A DNA stretch of 64,000 nucleotides from an uncultured Gammaproteobacteria bacterium (GTDB taxonomy: Bacteria; Pseudomonadota; Gammaproteobacteria; Xanthomonadales; SZUA-38): NCBI GenBank assembly GCA_964351665.1, contig CAYGPO010000006.1, forward strand, positions 4,623 to 68,622, given 5' to 3'. Position numbers and translations under genes: made by a program. Below are positions 55,634 through 64,000 of this stretch, one piece after another (position 1 is the first letter of the stretch; each line of letters starts with the position of its first letter). Below the pieces are notes generated by a model that was not told the DNA's origin, made no database searches, and worked only from the letters and a program-made list of their open reading frames with translations.

Positions 55634-57799
55634 ATGCGCATTTCAGGGATCCTTCTTGTAATGCTGGTGGTGCTTGCGGGCTGTGGCGGCGGTAGTAATG
55701 CGCCCCAAGCCGTCGACGCACCACCGGTAATCAATGATAACGGCCAACCCACCACGGGTGTTTTAACGGCGGTTTTCGACGCTGCGAACGGGGTGGTACC
55801 TCTGCCCAATAACCTGCTGTTTTCCGGCACCACAGACCTGACGCTGAATCTGCCCATCGCTGATCCCTCAGATCCCGCCGCCTCTCCCCTGGTAGCGATC
55901 AACGCGCTGGACGGCTGGGGAACCACCACGCCCTGGCAGGCAGGCTTTTCCGGCACCATCGATGCCAGCACGGTTTTGCCAGGCCAAACCGTTAGGTTTT
56001 TTGAGGTGTCCCTGGCCCAACCCGCCGGGCCGGTTACCGGACTGCTCAATGAGCTAACGCCAGGTGTGGACTACGTCACCACCGTATCCACCACCAACCC
56101 GTTGGCTCAGTCCATTGTGGTTGTCCCGATTCGGCCGCTGCAGGAGCTGACCAGCTATCTGGCCGTCATTACCCGGGGCGTCACCGATAACGTCGGCAAT
56201 AACGCCACCCCGGACCAAACCTACTTTATTGCCCAGCGCACCAGCCCGCTGGTTGACGACACCGGTGCCAGCACCGATCCCTTATTGCCCGATTCTACGG
56301 CCCAAGCCCTTGAGCCTCTGCGCCAACTGACCAATGCCCAGGAAGCCGCCTTGGCATCTGGCGCCGGCATCAGCTCCGATGACATCGTGGTTAGCTGGGT
56401 CGCTACCACCCAGTCTATTACCCCGGTGTTGAACGCGGTTCGAGGCACCATAGACCCGCAGTTCTCTCAGTTTGGCTTCAGTGGATTGACCACCGCGGCC
56501 CTGGGGCTCAACGGAATTGCGGATATTTATATCGGCGCCATGTCCATGCCGTATTACTTGAATGCGCCCACCGCCACCGACCCCACCGCCATCTTGCGCG
56601 GCAGCTGGGAGGCAGGGCCCGGCGCTTACGTTCCGCCGTTTGACGGACTGGGGCTTGATCCCACCTCAACCAACGTCACCTACTTAAACCCCATTCCCGT
56701 GGTCAAGTCGGTACAAACCATTCCAGTGCTGGCCACCTTACCCAACGCGGCCAGCGGCATGAGCCGGCCTGCTTCTGGTTGGCCGGTGGTAATCTATCAA
56801 CATGGCATCACTCGAAATCGGACCGACGCCCTGGCCATCGCTGAAGCCATGGCGGCCACCGGCTTTGCGGTGGTGTCCATTGACCAGCCGCTGCACGGCA
56901 TAGTGCCTGAGGGTGGCCCCCTGGACGCGCTGTATGTGGAAAACACCCCGTTTGGGCCGCTGGCCAGCGAACGCACCTTTGACGCGGATTTTCAAAATAA
57001 TCTGACCGGCGCCCAGGGGCCCGATGGACAGATCGACCCCTCGGGCAGCTACTTCATCAATCTGCCCAGTCTGTTGACCGCCAGGGACAACAATCGTCAG
57101 GCCCAGGCCGACCTGAGCGTGCTGGCAGTGACCCTGGGCACGATGGACTTTGACGGTGACGCGATCCCTGACCTTGATGCGTCCCAGGTCCGTTTCGTGG
57201 GCCAATCCCTGGGTTCGATCCAGGGAATCCCCTTTCTGGCGGTGGAAGGATCACGCTTTGACAGCGCGGTGCAGACCGGCGTGCTGTCGGTGCCCGGCGG
57301 CGGTATCGTTGGACTGCTGCTCGGCTCAGAGACGTTTTCTAGCGTGATCATTGGCGGCCTTGCCGCCGGTGGCATCAACCCGGGAACAGCCGATTTTGAG
57401 ACCTTTGTGCTGGCCGCCCAGACAGTGCTTGATTCCGCTGACCCCATTAACTGGGCCGCTCTTGCCGCCGCCGTGCAGCCGATCTTGGTGCAGGAAGTTG
57501 TAGGCAGCGCAGGCAGTCTGCCGGATCAGGTCATTCCCAACTCGGTGGTGGGTTTCCCGCTGTCGGGCACCGAGCCGCTGATTGCCGCCATGGGCCTTTC
57601 GCCCATTACCCAGACCGTCCAGGACCCGGATGGGATTCGGGGGGTGACCCGCTATTTGGTGGGGGGTCACGGGTCGTTGCTAAGCCCTGATCCGTCGCCG
57701 GAGGCGACATTCCAGATGCAGACTGAAGCGGCCAGTATGGTGGGCAGCAACGGAACAGTGTTGCAGGTTGTGGTTCCTCAAGTCCTGTTGGGCAACTAA
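55634..57799 (+). CDS. lipoprotein lipase/phospholipase (VolA/Pla-1-like N-terminal domain + alpha/beta hydrolase)
   Basis: Lipobox VLAGC. N-terminal VVPLPNNLLFSGTTDLTLNLPI...INALDGWGTTTPW resembles the bacterial virulence-lipase N-terminal domain. Nucleophile elbow GQSLG at 57200-57214. Confidence 0.65.
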   Translation: MRISGILLVMLVVLAGCGGGSNAPQAVDAPPVINDNGQPTTGVLTAVFDAANGVVPLPNNLLFSGTTDLTLNLPIADPSDPAASPLVAINALDGWGTTTPWQAGFSGTIDASTVLPGQTVRFFEVSLAQPAGPVTGLLNELTPGVDYVTTVSTTNPLAQSIVVVPIRPLQELTSYLAVITRGVTDNVGNNATPDQTYFIAQRTSPLVDDTGASTDPLLPDSTAQALEPLRQLTNAQEAALASGAGISSDDIVVSWVATTQSITPVLNAVRGTIDPQFSQFGFSGLTTAALGLNGIADIYIGAMSMPYYLNAPTATDPTAILRGSWEAGPGAYVPPFDGLGLDPTSTNVTYLNPIPVVKSVQTIPVLATLPNAASGMSRPASGWPVVIYQHGITRNRTDALAIAEAMAATGFAVVSIDQPLHGIVPEGGPLDALYVENTPFGPLASERTFDADFQNNLTGAQGPDGQIDPSGSYFINLPSLLTARDNNRQAQADLSVLAVTLGTMDFDGDAIPDLDASQVRFVGQSLGSIQGIPFLAVEGSRFDSAVQTGVLSVPGGGIVGLLLGSETFSSVIIGGLAAGGINPGTADFETFVLAAQTVLDSADPINWAALAAAVQPILVQEVVGSAGSLPDQVIPNSVVGFPLSGTEPLIAAMGLSPITQTVQDPDGIRGVTRYLVGGHGSLLSPDPSPEATFQMQTEAASMVGSNGTVLQVVVPQVLLGN

Positions 57800-57806
57800 G
57801 GAGTTA

Positions 57807-59633
57807 ATGATGAAGAATGTGAATCGCACTAGCTCCGCCGGCGCTCAATCTACGACACTGATCAGACGCCATATGCCATTGGCGCTCCCGGTGGCATTGG
57901 CCTTCGCTCTTTCAACAGCCCCAGCCGGGGCGGTGGAATTTAGCAACGGCGACTTCCGGGGCACCCTGGATACGACCTTGTCCTACGGCGCCTCCTGGCG
58001 GGTAGAAGACCGCTGCCGCGATTGCGTGGGTAAAGCCAACCTTAATCCGTTAATCAGCCTGCAGCCGCTGGCCGAGCAGATCCAGGCGCCGGGACGTTTT
58101 TCGGTTAACAGTGATGACGGCAATCTGAACTACGACGATGGCGACCTGGTCTCCCACGCGGTCAAGATCACCACCGAGTTCGGGTTTTCCTATAACAACT
58201 TCGGCGGCTTCTTTCGTGGTTCGGCGTTTTACGATTTCGAGAACGAAGACGATTTCCTGGCACCGGATACCGGCGTCTTCGGCGACGCCCGGGACTTTGT
58301 CGGCAGCGACGTAAGACTGCTTGATGCGTTCGTTTACTACGATTTTGATATCGCCGACAAACCAGCCACCTTAAGGCTGGGTCGTCAGGTTGTAAGCTGG
58401 GGTGAAAGTGTCTTTATTCAAGGTGGCATCAACATCATTAACCCGGTGGACGTATCCAAGCTTCGGGTGGCGGGTGCTGAGCTGAAGGAGGCCTTCTTAC
58501 CGGTGGACTCCCTGTGGGGCTCGTTCAGCCTGACGGAGAATCTGTCACTGGAAGCGATTTACCAGTTTGAATTTGAGCAGACCAATCCGGATCCCGCAGG
58601 CAGCTATTTCAGCACCAACGATTTTGGCACCCCCGGCGCGGAATTTGTGATGCTGGGCTTTGGCCTGGTCGACGAGCGCACCCCGGGCCTGACCATTCCC
58701 AGGCAGTTTGATCGCAGCCCCAGTGAGTCGGGCCAATATGGCCTTGCCCTGCGTTACTATTCATCGGAACTGAACGATACCGAGTTCGGCTTTTACTACA
58801 TGAATTATCACAGCCGGCTGCCGCTGCTGTCAGGCGTTGCCGTGACCTCAACGGATCTGGGGTCCGGGCGGTATTTTGTTGAGTATCCCGAAGACATAGA
58901 AATGTACGGTTTCAGCTGGAATACCGAGATTTCCGGCTGGGCCTTTGCCGGTGAGCTTTCCTATCGGGATAACCTGCCCCTGCAGATCGACGACGTAGAG
59001 CTGCTGTTTGCCGCGCTGTCACCGCTGAACGAGGTGATCCCGCAACCGGCTAACCGCTTTATCAGTCAGCTGGGCCAGTTTGCCCCCGGCGAAGAGATCC
59101 GGGGTTGGCAGGAACACGAGGTTTCTCAGCTGCAGTTTGCCGTGTCCAAAATTTTTGGTTCGGTGCTCGGCTCCACCCAGGCGGTTTTCCTGGCCGAGTT
59201 TGGTTTGACCAAGGTCTGGGATCTACCGGCCGCCGATGTGCTCAGATATCAGGGTGATGGAACCGATACCGGCGGCGGTGCTGACGCGCTGACCGGCGGC
59301 GCCCTGCGTAATCCGGTTACCCAGGCTACGGGCTTCCCGACGGAAACCTCCTGGGGCTATCGGCTGGTCAGCCGTTTGGATTACAACTCGGCCTTTGGCA
59401 CGGCTTACAACCTGTTTCCCCGGGTGGCCTTTAACCACGACGTCAGCGGCACCAGCCCGGGGCCCGGCGGCGCGTTTATCGAAGACCGTAAGTCATTGAC
59501 CGTTGCGATGGCAGGCAGCTATTTGGAGAAGTGGGGCGCTGACGTCAGCTACACACGCTTTTTCGGCGCTGGCCAGGCCAACCTGCTGCGGGACCGGGAT
59601 TTTGTTTCACTGTCGGTCAGCTATGCCTTTTAA
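57807..59633 (+). CDS. DUF1302 family outer-membrane protein
   Basis: RBS aaggag (57798-57803). Signal peptide ...APAGA. FSNGDFRGTLDTTLSYGASWRVEDR and a C-terminal ...SVSYAF beta-barrel-like terminus are typical of DUF1302. Confidence 0.8.
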   Translation: MMKNVNRTSSAGAQSTTLIRRHMPLALPVALAFALSTAPAGAVEFSNGDFRGTLDTTLSYGASWRVEDRCRDCVGKANLNPLISLQPLAEQIQAPGRFSVNSDDGNLNYDDGDLVSHAVKITTEFGFSYNNFGGFFRGSAFYDFENEDDFLAPDTGVFGDARDFVGSDVRLLDAFVYYDFDIADKPATLRLGRQVVSWGESVFIQGGINIINPVDVSKLRVAGAELKEAFLPVDSLWGSFSLTENLSLEAIYQFEFEQTNPDPAGSYFSTNDFGTPGAEFVMLGFGLVDERTPGLTIPRQFDRSPSESGQYGLALRYYSSELNDTEFGFYYMNYHSRLPLLSGVAVTSTDLGSGRYFVEYPEDIEMYGFSWNTEISGWAFAGELSYRDNLPLQIDDVELLFAALSPLNEVIPQPANRFISQLGQFAPGEEIRGWQEHEVSQLQFAVSKIFGSVLGSTQAVFLAEFGLTKVWDLPAADVLRYQGDGTDTGGGADALTGGALRNPVTQATGFPTETSWGYRLVSRLDYNSAFGTAYNLFPRVAFNHDVSGTSPGPGGAFIEDRKSLTVAMAGSYLEKWGADVSYTRFFGAGQANLLRDRDFVSLSVSYAF

Positions 59634-59699
59634 CGGCCTGGACGACAGCACTGAATTAGCCCGGCACCACCGGACGTTGTCACGAATTTGGAGTACTGC

Positions 59700-61049
59700 A
59701 TGAAAAATCGACTAGTGATTGCCATTGCCGCAGCCACCTTCAGCGCCGCTGTGCTGGCTGGGGCTAAGCCCGATGAGGTTGCCCGACTGGATGCCGACCT
59801 GACCCCCATGGGTTCTGAGCGCGGGGCCAACGCTGATGGCAGCATACCCGCCTGGGACGGTGGCATTACTTCGGTGCCAGCCGGATACACCAAGGGTGAC
59901 CATCACCCGGATCCCTTTGCCGCCGACCAGGTATCGTTTTCTATCACCGGCGCCAATGCTGATCAGTACGAAGAGTATCTGTCCCCGGGTCAGATGGCGA
60001 TGCTAAAGCGCTACGACACCTACCGATTGGACGTTTATCCCACGCGTCGCTCCGCCAGTTTTCCTGAGCGAATCTATGAGATGACGAAGAAAAACGGCGC
60101 CACCGGCAAGCTGGCTGAGGGCGGCGAGGGCGTGCTGGACGTGGCGGAGGGCTTTCCCTTTCCGTTTCCGGAAAGCCCCTATGAGCTAATGTGGAACCAC
60201 AAGCTCAAGTACAAAGGTACCGGCGGTTTTCGATACAACAACCAGGTAGCCCCTACCGCGGATGGCAATTACACTGCGGTCAAGCTGCGCGAAGAGCTGC
60301 TGGGTCTTTACTACGAAGAAGGCAAAACCGTTGCTGACGTTAACAACATCCTGCTGTATTTTTATCAGGTGGTGGAATCCCCGGCTCGTCTGGCGGGTAA
60401 CGTACTGCTGGTCCACGAGACTCTCAACCAGCTGGAACAAAATCGCCAGGCGTGGATTTATAACCCAGGCCAGCGCCGCGTGCGCCGGGCTCCTAACGTT
60501 GCCTACGATAATCCCGGTACCGCTTCCGATGGTCTGCGTACCAACGATATGACGGATATGTTCAACGGTGCCATGGACCGCTTCAACTGGGAGATGAAGG
60601 GCAAACGGGAAATGTATGTGCCCTACAACTCCTACAAAGCTCACGCCAAAGGTTTGAGCTATGACGACTTTGTTCGACCCGGCCACCTGAATCAGGATCT
60701 TATGCGTTATGAAAAGCATCGCGTATGGGTGATAGAAGGAACCCTTAAGAGTGGTCAGCGACACATCAACAGCCGTCGTACCTACTACCTTGACGAAGAC
60801 AGCTATCAGATTGTGTTGATCGATCACTACGACAATCGTGACGCCCTGTGGCGCTTCTCTGAAGCCCACGGCGTGAACTACTACGAAATTCCCACCTATT
60901 GGAGCACAGTAGAAGTACATCATGATCTGCAGTCCGGCCGTTATGTGGCCCTGGGCCTGGACAACAATGACGACATCAACGTGTTCGATCAGCCGGGCAA
61001 TCCCGGAGACTACACTCCCCAGGCATTGCGAACCCGCGGCCGTCGTTAA
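59700..61049 (+). CDS. DUF1329 domain protein (LolA-like periplasmic protein)
   Basis: Signal peptide. LTPMGSERGANADGSIPAWDGG, GFPFPFPESPYELMWNHKLKY and YEKHRVWVIEG are typical of DUF1329. Confidence 0.8.
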   Translation: MKNRLVIAIAAATFSAAVLAGAKPDEVARLDADLTPMGSERGANADGSIPAWDGGITSVPAGYTKGDHHPDPFAADQVSFSITGANADQYEEYLSPGQMAMLKRYDTYRLDVYPTRRSASFPERIYEMTKKNGATGKLAEGGEGVLDVAEGFPFPFPESPYELMWNHKLKYKGTGGFRYNNQVAPTADGNYTAVKLREELLGLYYEEGKTVADVNNILLYFYQVVESPARLAGNVLLVHETLNQLEQNRQAWIYNPGQRRVRRAPNVAYDNPGTASDGLRTNDMTDMFNGAMDRFNWEMKGKREMYVPYNSYKAHAKGLSYDDFVRPGHLNQDLMRYEKHRVWVIEGTLKSGQRHINSRRTYYLDEDSYQIVLIDHYDNRDALWRFSEAHGVNYYEIPTYWSTVEVHHDLQSGRYVALGLDNNDDINVFDQPGNPGDYTPQALRTRGRR

Positions 61050-61061
61050 CGGCCACTGTCG

Positions 61062-62138
61062 TTGGAGCTGCGTCGATTGAGTTTCCGTGGATTGTTTTGT
61101 CGCTTTTGGCTGGTGCTGGCTGCCTTTGGCGCCAGCGCCCAGTCTGAGCAGGCCAGCTTTGATTCCAGCATCCAGCCCTCGGAGATTATGCCAAGGGCCA
61201 TTGAGTCACTGCTGCTGGATATCGTCGCCACCGATTCCGGCTTTGTTGCGGTGGGGGAGCGCGGCCATGTGCTGCGTTCGGAGGACGGTAACAGCTGGCA
61301 GCAGGTTGCTGGGATTCCGACTCGCTCTACCCTGACATCCGCCACCAGCCGCGGCAACAAGGTTTGGGTGGCTGGCCACGATCAGGTGATCATTTACAGC
61401 CCAGACGGTGGCGTCACCTGGCAACGGCAACATGTTAGCCCGGACGTGTTTGATCCGGTCAGCAACAGCCCGCTGCTGGACATCCATTTCATCAATGATA
61501 CCCAGGGCCTCGCGGTGGGTGCCTACGCGGCGTTTCTGTCCACCATCGACGGCGGTCAGAGCTGGCAGCCCGGTAGTCTAGAGCTGGTTTCCATGGATGA
61601 TGAACTGGCCGACGCTGAGCCAGCGGAAGACGACGGCTACGCTGATGACGGGTTGGATGAAGAATTTGTCGATTACCACCTCAACGCCATCGCCCAGCTG
61701 CCCGATGACAGCCTGTATCTTGCCGCCGAACAGGGCAACGCCTTTCGCAGCAGTGATGCTGGCCAGACCTGGACCCCTCTGATGCTGCCCTATGCTGGCT
61801 CCATGTTTGGGGCCCTGGCCACGGCCGGTGACCAGTTGCTTACCTACGGCCTGCGGGGAAATGTTTTTGTCTCAGGTGACCAGGGCGATAGCTGGCAACG
61901 GTTGGACAGCGGCTCCCTCAATTCCCTTAACGGCGCCGCCGATGTTGCTCCGGGGGTGGTGGTGATGGTGGGGGTCAATGGCGAGGTGCTGGTGCTGCGG
62001 GATAATCGCATCCGCTCCCTGGAGCTGGCCGACGGCAACGACATCGCAGCCGTCATCGCCAGCGGTGAGGGGCTGATCATGGTGGGTGAGGGCGGCGCCT
62101 TTCACTACCCTTTGGACCGAATAATCAATGACCGATAA
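61062..62138 (+). CDS. Ycf48-related / BNR-repeat beta-propeller protein
   Basis: Signal peptide. Repeated S-x-D-x-G-x-T/S-W blades: SEDGNSWQ, SPDGGVTWQ, TIDGGQSWQ, SSDAGQTWT and SGDQGDSWQ. Confidence 0.7.
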   Translation: MELRRLSFRGLFCRFWLVLAAFGASAQSEQASFDSSIQPSEIMPRAIESLLLDIVATDSGFVAVGERGHVLRSEDGNSWQQVAGIPTRSTLTSATSRGNKVWVAGHDQVIIYSPDGGVTWQRQHVSPDVFDPVSNSPLLDIHFINDTQGLAVGAYAAFLSTIDGGQSWQPGSLELVSMDDELADAEPAEDDGYADDGLDEEFVDYHLNAIAQLPDDSLYLAAEQGNAFRSSDAGQTWTPLMLPYAGSMFGALATAGDQLLTYGLRGNVFVSGDQGDSWQRLDSGSLNSLNGAADVAPGVVVMVGVNGEVLVLRDNRIRSLELADGNDIAAVIASGEGLIMVGEGGAFHYPLDRIINDR

Positions 62139-64000
62139 GCAAACCCCGTCTGGCTTTTCGGGCCTGCTGGAGCGCGCCGTTTTCGGCGCCAGGATTCCGC
62201 TGCTGATCCTGTTCGCCATGATCACCGTTGTAATGGGGTATTTCGCCGCAGAGCTGCGAGTGGACGCTGGATTTAAAAAGCAGCTGCCCCTGGGCCATGA
62301 GTACATGCGGACCTTTCTCGACTATGAGTCTGAGTATGGTGGCGCCAATCGGCTGTTAGTGGCGGTGATGGCTGACGATGGCGATATGTTTACGCCAACG
62401 TTCTTCAATGCCATTGAGGGCGTCACCGACGCGGTGTTTTTTGTGCCCGGGGTTAACCGGGCCAGCGTGCGCTCGATCTTCACCCCCAACGTGCGATTTG
62501 TTGAGGTGGTGGAAGACGGTTTCGCCGGCGGCAACGTTATACCGTCAGATTTTGCTCCCAGTCCAGAGATGTTTGAGCGGGTAAGGGGCAATATCGTTAA
62601 ATCCGGGGTTGTGGGCAGACTGGTAGCGGAGGATTTTGGCGGCGCCATGGTCTGGGCCGACCTGCTGGAGGAAGATCCGCTAACCGGCGAAATGCTGGAT
62701 TACAAGCGGGTCGCTGCAGACCTTGAGAAAATTCGCGCGGAATTTGCCGGCCAGGGCCTGAGCGTTCACATCATCGGTTTTGCCAAAATTGTGGGTGATA
62801 TTGCTGAAGGCGCGAAGTCGGTGATCTGGTTTTTCGGCGTTGCGTTTTTGATCACCGGCGTACTGCTATTTCTGTACTCGGGCTCCCTTAAGCTGACGGC
62901 CCTGCCGCTGCTGTGTTCTGCGGTGGCGGTGATTTGGCAGCTGGGTGCGCTGAGGCTGCTGGGTTTCGGCATTGACCCCATGAACATCCTGACGCCGTTC
63001 CTGATCTTCGCCATTGGCGTGAGCCATGGAGTGCAGATGATCAGCGCCTGGAGCAACGAAATCATGTATGGCCAGCTGTCTCCTGCAGCGGGCCAGCAGT
63101 CCTATGGGGTAGATTCGCTGACGGCGGCAAAGCGCACATTTCGCAGTCTGCTCACCCCGGGGGCCATCGCTCTGCTGTCAGACACCATCGGCTTTTTGAC
63201 CATCTTGTTCATTGAGATCCGCATTATTCGCGAGCTTGCCACCACCGCTTCCATCGGGGTTGCGCTGATCATTTTCACCAACCTGGTATTGCTACCGGTA
63301 TTGCTGTCCCTGGTGAAGATCGACAACGTCGACGCCTGGCGTGCCCAGCACGATCAGCGCGGCGTGCGACTGGATGGGATTTGGCACGCCTTGAGCAAGC
63401 TGACCAGCCGTCCTCTGGCAGCCGGAGCGCTGCTGACGGCCGCGGCACTGTTCACCTTTGGTTATTTTAAGGGTCAGGAAATGCAGATCGGCGATTCCCA
63501 GGCGGGGGTGCCGGAACTGCGTCCAGAGTCCCGCTACAACCAGGATGCTGAAGTGATTTCCTCGCGCTTTTCTCTGGGCGTGGATTCGGTCTCGATCATC
63601 GCTGAGGCCAGCGGCCAGGCCTGCACTGAAGACTTTGTTGCGATGGAGAACATCGATCGTTTCGCCTGGCATATGTATAACGTGCCTGGGGTGCAGCAGG
63701 TGATTACCTTGCCCTGGGTAGCCAAGACCATCAACGCCGGCTGGAACGAAGGCAATATGCGCTGGTGGGTGTTGCCCCGGGATAATTTTGTTATGCGTCA
63801 GAACCTGCAGTCCATTGAGACGGATACAGGTTTGCTGAACGCCAGCTGCAACGCCATGCCGGTGATTGTGTTTACTGAAGATCACAAGGCCTCCACCATC
63901 ACTCGGGTGGTAGACGCGGTTAAGGACTATCGACGGGAATTCGACGTAGGTACTGAACGGGAGGTGTCGGCCGGCATCGCCAATCCTGGCCAGACCATCA
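62128..64000 (+). CDS. RND superfamily (MMPL-type) transporter, 3' end beyond the window
   Basis: Not in the track because it has no in-window stop. My translation from ATG 62128 gives MTDKQTPSGFSGLLERAVFGARIPLLILFAMITVVMGYFAAELRVDAGFKKQLPLGHEYMRTFLDYESEYGGANRLLVAV..., and later FLIFAIGVSHGVQM. Overlaps the previous stop by 11 nt. Confidence 0.8.
   Translation, partial: MTDKQTPSGFSGLLERAVFGARIPLLILFAMITVVMGYFAAELRVDAGFKKQLPLGHEYMRTFLDYESEYGGANRLLVAVMADDGDMFTPTFFNAIEGVTDAVFFVPGVNRASVRSIFTPNVRFVEVVEDGFAGGNVIPSDFAPSPEMFERVRGNIVKSGVVGRLVAEDFGGAMVWADLLEEDPLTGEMLDYKRVAADLEKIRAEFAGQGLSVHIIGFAKIVGDIAEGAKSVIWFFGVAFLITGVLLFLYSGSLKLTALPLLCSAVAVIWQLGALRLLGFGIDPMNILTPFLIFAIGVSHGVQMISAWSNEIMYGQLSPAAGQQSYGVDSLTAAKRTFRSLLTPGAIALLSDTIGFLTILFIEIRIIRELATTASIGVALIIFTNLVLLPVLLSLVKIDNVDAWRAQHDQRGVRLDGIWHALSKLTSRPLAAGALLTAAALFTFGYFKGQEMQIGDSQAGVPELRPESRYNQDAEVISSRFSLGVDSVSIIAEASGQACTEDFVAMENIDRFAWHMYNVPGVQQVITLPWVAKTINAGWNEGNMRWWVLPRDNFVMRQNLQSIETDTGLLNASCNAMPVIVFTEDHKASTITRVVDAVKDYRREFDVGTEREVSAGIANPGQTI

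Noticed and set aside
1-64000. CRISPR arrays, tRNA/rRNA genes, transposases, integrases, prophage or toxin-antitoxin modules.
   Set aside because: I found none when reading both strands: no regularly spaced direct repeats, no tRNA-like T-arm motifs, and no recombinase or transposase-like ORFs. The accessory regions therefore lack visible mobility signatures within this window.

Overview
GC-rich chromosomal window with gammaproteobacterium-like gene order, almost entirely protein-coding (about 55 CDS). I recognised no rRNA, tRNA, CRISPR array, transposase, integrase or phage gene. All family calls come from reading motifs in the supplied translations and my own translations; no similarity search was run.

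Layout:
- 1-8 kb: MATE efflux gene (partial), pyruvate kinase, and an activated-methyl-cycle cluster metK / SAH riboswitch / ahcY / metF.
- 8-20 kb, accessory stretch: YceI-like lipoprotein, VOC protein, a decayed gene remnant, a Hanks-type Ser/Thr kinase operon with two secreted Ig-like proteins (one LysM+FecR), an AGCS symporter with an inserted SH3-like module, a NupC transporter and an LplT-acyltransferase fusion.
- 20-28 kb, core carbon metabolism: tkt-gap-pgk-fba (class I) and maeB.
- 28-47.6 kb, accessory catabolic/detoxification-like island with no mobility genes: TonB-dependent receptor, GntR regulator, LeuCD-type dehydratase paralog, three MFS transporters, quinone oxidoreductase, FAD oxidase, Sel1-like protein, four VOC proteins, SnoaL-like and ASCH proteins, a membrane-anchored F420-reductase-like protein and an atypical alpha/beta-fold protein.
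- 47.7-55.5 kb: aceE-aceF-(retropepsin-like protease)-lpd-(SYLF lipoprotein), then a DUF3429 membrane protein.
- 55.6-64 kb: VolA-like lipase lipoprotein followed by DUF1302 / DUF1329 / Ycf48-like beta-propeller / RND (MMPL-type, partial).

Best candidates for an undescribed system:
1. The lipase + DUF1302/DUF1329/Ycf48-like/RND envelope module.
2. The kinase + Ig-like + LysM-FecR operon.
3. The protease embedded in the PDH operon.
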